Virus record (IMG/VR): IMGVR_UViG_3300025635_000072
Span: 1 to 38,278 of that record
DNA length: 38,278 nt
DNA from: a virus
Lineage: Duplodnaviria; Caudoviricetes
Reading direction: 5' to 3' (one strand)
The position numbers and the translations under genes are program-made. Under the pieces are notes generated by a model. That model ran no database searches, was not told where the DNA came from, and was given only the letters and a program-made list of their open reading frames with translations. Positions 32,602 to 38,278 of the stretch are shown here, piece after piece. How positions within the stretch are numbered: position 1 is the first letter of the stretch; every line of letters starts with the position of its first letter.

Positions 32602-34009
32602 TGTAAATTTTAACCCTTTCAAACAAATGATTTAATGTAAAATTATTCTTACCCTTATATGCTAAATTATCGGCTATATCGTATAATTTAGCAGTATTTT
32701 TCTTTGAAGATATACGAAGAATTCTTCCGATTGATTGAAGATTTCTAATTTTAGATTTAGATGGACTTGCAAAAATTGCATTATTCAGATTAGGTATATT
32801 AATCCCTAATTGAAATACTCCATATGATGCTATTATAACAGAATTTTCAAGATTGTCAACCTTTTGTATAGTGCCATGACGATCTTTAACGTCAACTTTT
32901 CCATGAAGAAAATATACATTTTCCATCTTATCTTTCAATAAATCAAATAGTAATTTCCCATGACCATCTACCCTATTAAATAATACTAAAGTATTGCCTT
33001 TCAGAGATTGAACTAATCCAGATATAAACGAATTTCTTTTTCTATGAGAAATTAGAAAATTGATTTCATCCTGATATTCAAAATCCTTAGTCATTTTCTT
33101 AGTGATTTCATCATAGTTAAGCATTATAATATCAATTGATAAATCTGCTAACTCTCCCCGATCCATTAGTTCTTTACTGGTAATAACTTTATTGTGAGTA
33201 TTGAATAATCCCTCTAATACTAATATATTCACTTCCTCTGATTGGAGGGTGCCAGTAAACCCAAAGCGATACTTACAGTCCACCAGAGAGCAAAGTATGG
33301 AGCTTAGAACACGTGATTTGCAGGTATGTGCCTCATCGAAAAACACCGTGGTAAACTGTTTGAACCATTCAGGATCAATATTCTGTAGTGATTGCCATGT
33401 GGATACAGTTATAGTATCTTCTGTATTCTTTTCTTTTCCAGAATAAATTTTATGAACATTTTCTGTATATCCATAATTCAGGAAATCCCCAGCCATCTGT
33501 TCCACCAAGTTAGTTGTGGGAACAATAATTAATACTTTATTATCCTTATTCTCCATTAAATAATATTTGGATAACATATAAATTAATAATGATTTGCCTG
33601 ATCCTGTGGGGCTGACAATTAGACGCCGATTGCTATTGACACAATCCAGAAATGCTGCTACTTGATAATCTCTAGGAGTGACAGGAAGTTTTATAAAATC
33701 AATAAATTCCTCTGTGGAAACTTGATTCATTTTAACTTCCACTTTAGGAAGATTATTAACTATCTCATATGAATTATCCTGTGCATATTCTATGACTTTA
33801 TCTAATAATCCATAATATATTTTCTTGGTTTGCTTGGAATATAATTTTAGTTTTCCATCCCAATTTTTATATCGTGGATTTTTTCTGGCCATAAATTTAC
33901 TACCAGGAATTTCATATGTTAGTAACTCAGATAATTCTTGTTCAACATGAGGTTCAGATGTAACTTTGATATAAACTTCATTGAAATAATTAATCGTAAT
34001 TGAGGTCAT
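32555..34009 (-). CDS. uvsW: SF2 RNA-DNA/DNA helicase UvsW
   Basis: PRDYQ, SPTGSGKS, DEAH, GFTGT, QSIGRILR. Confidence 0.95.
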   Translation of the reverse strand: MTSITINYFNEVYIKVTSEPHVEQELSELLTYEIPGSKFMARKNPRYKNWDGKLKLYSKQTKKIYYGLLDKVIEYAQDNSYEIVNNLPKVEVKMNQVSTEEFIDFIKLPVTPRDYQVAAFLDCVNSNRRLIVSPTGSGKSLLIYMLSKYYLMENKDNKVLIIVPTTNLVEQMAGDFLNYGYTENVHKIYSGKEKNTEDTITVSTWQSLQNIDPEWFKQFTTVFFDEAHTCKSRVLSSILCSLVDCKYRFGFTGTLQSEEVNILVLEGLFNTHNKVITSKELMDRGELADLSIDIIMLNYDEITKKMTKDFEYQDEINFLISHRKRNSFISGLVQSLKGNTLVLFNRVDGHGKLLFDLLKDKMENVYFLHGKVDVKDRHGTIQKVDNLENSVIIASYGVFQLGINIPNLNNAIFASPSKSKIRNLQSIGRILRISSKKNTAKLYDIADNLAYKGKNNFTLNHLFERVKIYNDEEFKYRIHQYTIG

Positions 34010-34012
34010 GAT

Positions 34013-34450
34013 CTAGGCAACTCCATTCTCAAATTTTTTCCAATCAATATAATTCTTAAATACGAAATTCCTATTATTAATAGATTTAATAATTTGATCC
34101 AGTAAATTAACTTTTTCCTGCTGCATTTCCATTTTTATTAGATGTTGTGATACATCTTCATCACCATCCAAATACATAGGTAATTCAGATTTTAGAATTT
34201 TAAATTGAAATGGTTCCCAATTTAATTCTTTTAATTGGTCTATACTAAGTAATCCTAGATAATATTCCCATTTAATTCTGTATAATCTTTTATGATCTGC
34301 CTTATATTTTTTTAGTAATGCAGATTCATTGGCGAATAGTTTTAGATATTTACTATGTAATTTTGGAGTGTTTAACGTTTCTCCCCCAATATCCTCTGGA
34401 TTTATTTTAGTGTCTTCTTCCCATAATGTAATAATATCATCTAATTTCAT
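34013..34450 (-). CDS. uvsY: recombination mediator UvsY
   Basis: W.EDTKI...PKLHSKYL...KWEYY.G...NRNF...N.IDWKKF; synteny gp3-uvsY-uvsW. Confidence 0.92.
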   Translation of the reverse strand: MKLDDIITLWEEDTKINPEDIGGETLNTPKLHSKYLKLFANESALLKKYKADHKRLYRIKWEYYLGLLSIDQLKELNWEPFQFKILKSELPMYLDGDEDVSQHLIKMEMQQEKVNLLDQIIKSINNRNFVFKNYIDWKKFENGVA

Positions 34451-34452
34451 TC

Positions 34453-34971
34453 TTATACTCTTTCAATTTTTATGTTTTTATATTTAAATGTCGCAGTTGC
34501 AACAACATGTTCCTCTGATGTTTGGGTGGATGAAAGAATAAAATCTGATAATGATGTGGGAAATGCATCTAAAATAGTAACTCTTACATTAGGATTTTTA
34601 GTGTTAGTTAAAATATTAATAATACAATCAGATTCCTTACCTTCACCTTTCCAATTTTTACTAATGAGTTCTGCGCGCTGCTGGTAACTCTCCGGCCCAC
34701 CCAATCCATCTAGCCAAGTAGAAATTTCCAAATAATTTTCCAAATCTTCATCTACTATAAATGTAACAGTCAAATCATTATAAACCATCTTATTTCCATT
34801 TACATTAATGTTAATAAAAGGTGTTGACTGTTGGACCAATGTAATTCTTCTCCCTGGTATATTCACACTCTCTGTGAAGAAATTAGTTGTGGGGAGTTTC
34901 TTTACGAAAAACGTAAATCCGGTTGATGATAAAAAATTATAGTTTGAAGGTTGACTATCTAAAGCTGACAT
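34453..34971 (-). CDS. gp3: tail tube terminator / tail completion protein gp3
   Basis: NFLS.TGF.F...KLP..NFF....NIPG, FIVDEDLENY..I..W, DAFPTSLS. Confidence 0.88.
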   Translation of the reverse strand: MSALDSQPSNYNFLSSTGFTFFVKKLPTTNFFTESVNIPGRRITLVQQSTPFININVNGNKMVYNDLTVTFIVDEDLENYLEISTWLDGLGGPESYQQRAELISKNWKGEGKESDCIINILTNTKNPNVRVTILDAFPTSLSDFILSSTQTSEEHVVATATFKYKNIKIERV

Positions 34972-34982
34972 GGTATACTCCT

Positions 34983-35014
34983 AAAAAATTAGGGGAATGA
35001 CGATTTCCCCCTAA
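34983..35014 (-). terminator. rho-independent terminator immediately upstream of the gp3 RBS
   Basis: Minus strand TTAGGGGGA-aatcgtca-TTCCCCTAA-TTTTTT-AGGAG. Confidence 0.7.
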
Positions 35015-35102
35015 AAAGTAATTATGATCGTCGCATTAATTTTGCGATCTGTATATGTTATATACATATTTATCAATCTAATATTTTAAAAGGAAGAATA
35101 TA

Positions 35103-35756
35103 TTGAGATTTATTGGAGATATTCACGGAAAAATTTCTGAATATGTAAAAATTGCTAATGATAGTCCAGATGGAAAATCAATTCAAGTTGGTGATTTTGG
35201 CATGGGATTTGACATTAAATATAGAGAATTAATTAACCTTAAAGGTAAGCATTATTTCATTCGCGGAAATCATGATAGTCCCGATGTCTGCAAGCAATAT
35301 AAAGATAGTCCATATCTTAAATGGATTCCTGATGGGAGAATGACGACTGGATTAGCTGATAATAGTCCTGGCAATAAGAAATCATGCTTATTCATTGGTG
35401 GAGCGTTCTCTATTGATAGACAAAGGCGATTAGAAGGTGTATCATGGTGGCCAGATGAGCAACTATCATATAAAGAATTGAATAAAATTATTAGGAAAGT
35501 TGAAAAAATAAAGAAGCCTCTGGATATTATCGTGTCTCATGATTGCCCAGAATCATTCTGTTATAACTTAGATGCGGATTATAGAAATTTTTCTGATTGG
35601 AATAGTGTAACTCGACATGCTCTGCAAATGATTTGGGATATTAATAAACCTAAGATGTGGATTCATGGACATTGGCATATTCAGAATAATGTTGTAGTGA
35701 ATGGGACAGAATTTAATTCTCTGGCTGAGTTAGGATATATTGATGTTGAATGGTAA
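35103..35756 (+). CDS. calcineurin-like metallophosphoesterase
   Basis: GDIHG, GDFG, RGNHD, GGAFSID, SHDCP, HGHWH. Confidence 0.9.
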   Translation: MRFIGDIHGKISEYVKIANDSPDGKSIQVGDFGMGFDIKYRELINLKGKHYFIRGNHDSPDVCKQYKDSPYLKWIPDGRMTTGLADNSPGNKKSCLFIGGAFSIDRQRRLEGVSWWPDEQLSYKELNKIIRKVEKIKKPLDIIVSHDCPESFCYNLDADYRNFSDWNSVTRHALQMIWDINKPKMWIHGHWHIQNNVVVNGTEFNSLAELGYIDVEW

Positions 35757-35868
35757 GAAAATATTTGATGAACTGAATAAATATGAGAATTCAGTGGCAT
35801 TTATCTATGTATTATTTCTAATTGTTATTGGATTACTTATTTTGGGAGCGAGTTTTTATAGTGGATGA
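35743..35868 (+). CDS. 41-aa single-TM micro-protein
   Basis: MLNGKKIFDELNKYENSVAFIYVLFLIVIGLLILGASFYSG*. Confidence 0.45.
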   Translation: MLNGKKIFDELNKYENSVAFIYVLFLIVIGLLILGASFYSG

Positions 35869-36111
35869 TCTGTCATTTATCATAATTTTATTGGTATGTG
35901 TATATTGGTTTACCCGTTAAATGATATATTTTATTATAGGAATTATCCTTGGATTTATAGGGTGAAATAGAATTAATAAACCACCTATAGTAGTAGATTT
36001 AGGTATTTTATGTCCATCATGTAAAAATAATAGATTAAAAATAGTCGCGCCAGTTAGATATCATTGTGATAAATGCAAATGGCTAGGACCGATGATACCA
36101 TTGAGGTAATA

Positions 36112-37566
36112 ATGAGAGAATTAGTAGAGAAAATTGAACAATTAATTCCTAACGTAAAACAACGCAAATTAATTGTTCTGAAAAATAAAGACACTTCGTT
36201 ATATGATGAAGTATTAAATTTATCTCATTATTTAGATTTGTCTACTAATTTAACAACTAGACTTAAATTTATTTCCGCAGGATATACATCATTATTAAAA
36301 TGTAAAACTTGCGGAAATGAACACCAACACCTAAATGATAGAAAAGAACTATCTGAATATTGTTCAGGAAGATGTTATTTAAAAGATAAGAATAAAGATA
36401 CGAGCAAATTTAAATTCATTGATCAAACTGAAAAAGTTAGAAAAATGAAAGAAACTAATAAAGAAAAATATGGCCATGAATTCAATTCCCAGAGAAAAGA
36501 AATTAAAACTATATTGTCTAAATCTAAATTAGAAAAAACCAATCCTGATGCATTGAATAAATTATTAAACTATGAGTATATGCATAATGAATATGTAACT
36601 AAAAATTTGACATCTACACAAATAGCGGAAAATTTGAATGTATATTATGGAACAGTAATAGATTATTTAATTAAACATAATATAGAAATTCAATATTATT
36701 GTAATAGAAGTTCTCATGAAAAAGAATTAAGTGAGTTTTTAAATGAGTATAATGTAGAAGTATTAACTAATGTTAAGGGAATTTTAAATAATAGTAATTT
36801 AGAACTTGATGTATATCTACCACAATATAGATTTGCATTGGAAATTAATGGACTATATTGGCATTCCTCTACTATAGAAACTGATAGGCATTTAATTAAA
36901 ACAGAACAGTGTAAAAATAAAGACATTTCATTATTCCAATTTACTGATGAACAATGGATATCTAAAAAACATATATGCAAATCAATGATATTGAATAAAA
37001 TACAAAAATCAAATAGAATTTTTGCCAGACAATGTTTAGTAAAAGAAATATCAACTGAAATATGTAAATCTTTTTGTGAGGAAAATCATATTTCAGGATA
37101 CTCTCAATCTAAATTAAAATACGGTCTATACTATAATGGCGAATTGATACAAATAATATCTTTAGGTTCCCCTAGATTTGATAAACAAAATGAATGGGAA
37201 CTTATTAGATTATGCACGAAAATTGGATATAATGTTGTAGGAGGATCATCTAAATTATTTAAATATTTTATTAGTATTCACCATCCAAATACAGTTATTT
37301 CCTATGCGGATAGACAGTATAGTGAAGGTAATGTATATAACAATTTAGGGTTTACATTTTCTCATTATAGTAAACCTGGGTATAGATGGACTAATGGAGT
37401 TATTAGTTATAATAGAATGAATTTTCAAAAACATAAATTAAAAAATCAATTGAAAATATATGATGAGAATTTAAGTGAAAGAGAAAATATGTTTAATAAC
37501 AAATATAAAATGTATTGGGATAGTGGGCAATCAGTATGGACATATAAAAATCCTCTAGTAAATTAA
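36112..37566 (+). mobile_element. free-standing Hef-like homing endonuclease (Zn finger + PD-(D/E)XK/Vsr-like nuclease + GNAT-like C-terminal domain)
   Basis: CKTC...C..RC; S.HE; ELDVYLP..RFALEINGLYWHS; FARQC...WELIRLC...GGSSKL...SYAD...G..Y..LGF; GAGGT RBS favours ATG 36112. Confidence 0.8.
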
Positions 37567-37577
37567 TACTAGAGGAT
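37550..37577 (-). terminator. terminator of gp23 (possibly bidirectional)
   Basis: ATCCTCTAGTA-aattaa-TACTAGAGGAT with an A-run on the left flank (U-run on the minus strand). Confidence 0.75.
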
Positions 37578-37605
37578 AAATATTTTCTATAAAGAAAGTA
37601 TACAA

Positions 37606-38278
37606 TTACATTAGGTTGGTGACAAGGATTCTTCTGTAATATTTGTTACTATCTTTTGTTAAAGCCCCATTACCAGCAGTAATACCTTCCGCGAATGGAT
37701 TTGCTACCATACCATATCTGGTTTTAAATGCGATTCTGGGTTGGAAATTATCTTCGCCTACCGCACGAACCATCTGTAGTGGAACATATGGGCAATAGAA
37801 AATACCAGCGTCAAATGTGCTTGGACCTTTATAACCTACAACGGCATAGTTACCACCTTCGGCATATGGATCAATATAGACGCGGAGTCTACCATTTAGA
37901 ACACCAGCAAAAGTATTACCAGTATCATCAACATTAAGTTGATTTGAGTTCAAAGCAGGAGTATAATCTAGAATGCCGGCCATTTGCATTGCTGATGCAA
38001 CATCAGAAGAACAAATCATAATGTTACCTTTGCCTCTACGGGTATCACGTGAGATTTGGTTACATTCGCGTTCTAGATGGAACATTAGACCTTTGAATTT
38101 TTCAACTGACCAACGACCATTTGAGTCTGTGTCAAGATCAAAAATACCTGATGTGGTAGTTCCAGTGTTTGCACCACGAGTAGCAGTAATAGCAATAGTT
38201 CTAATTACTTCTCTATTGATTTCAGCAAGAATTTCTGTGGTAAGAATGTTAGCTAATTCAGTTTCAGCATCCAGACCA
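37606..38278 (-). CDS. gp23: major capsid protein gp23, C-terminal part (5' end beyond the window)
   Basis: GLDAETELANILTTEILAEINRE...TRRGKGN...DAGIFYCPYVPLQMVRAV...FQP.I.FKTRYG...NPF. Confidence 0.97.
   Translation of the reverse strand, partial: GLDAETELANILTTEILAEINREVIRTIAITATRGANTGTTTSGIFDLDTDSNGRWSVEKFKGLMFHLERECNQISRDTRRGKGNIMICSSDVASAMQMAGILDYTPALNSNQLNVDDTGNTFAGVLNGRLRVYIDPYAEGGNYAVVGYKGPSTFDAGIFYCPYVPLQMVRAVGEDNFQPRIAFKTRYGMVANPFAEGITAGNGALTKDSNKYYRRILVTNLM

Noticed and set aside
36073-38278. Intron or intein interrupting gp23
   Set aside because: The visible part of gp23 is continuous to its normal C-terminus; the endonuclease is free-standing and antisense, beyond the stop and terminator.

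Overview
This is an AT-rich fragment of a large T4-superfamily myovirus genome. The right part (about 26.7-38.3 kb, minus strand) is the conserved core: gp23 major capsid (partial), gp3 tail terminator, uvsY, uvsW, gp55 late sigma factor, gp47/gp46 nuclease, peptide deformylase and a DUF3310 protein. A metallophosphoesterase and a Hef-like homing endonuclease are inserted in the opposite orientation between gp23 and gp3. The left about 26.6 kb is a hyperplastic early/accessory region driven by many sigma70-type promoters. It encodes a CX5R phosphatase, an AAA ATPase, two RNA ligases plus a polynucleotide-kinase-like protein, an NAD+ salvage pair (NMNAT-Nudix and NAMPT), an HNH endonuclease, three structurally odd tRNA genes and many tiny membrane proteins. 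The most notable observations are: (1) an insulated late gene encoding a protein-kinase-fold protein with a T4-type capsid-targeting N-terminus, a candidate virion-injected kinase that may be opposed by an early phosphatase; (2) an unannotated DUF1127 small protein behind a PhaR-like operator and an RBS-sequestering hairpin, hinting at an alphaproteobacterial host; (3) an apparently catalytically dead gp21 prohead-protease paralog between gp47 and gp46; (4) a tRNA-Pro lacking its T-loop. All calls come from motif recognition by eye; no database searches were run.
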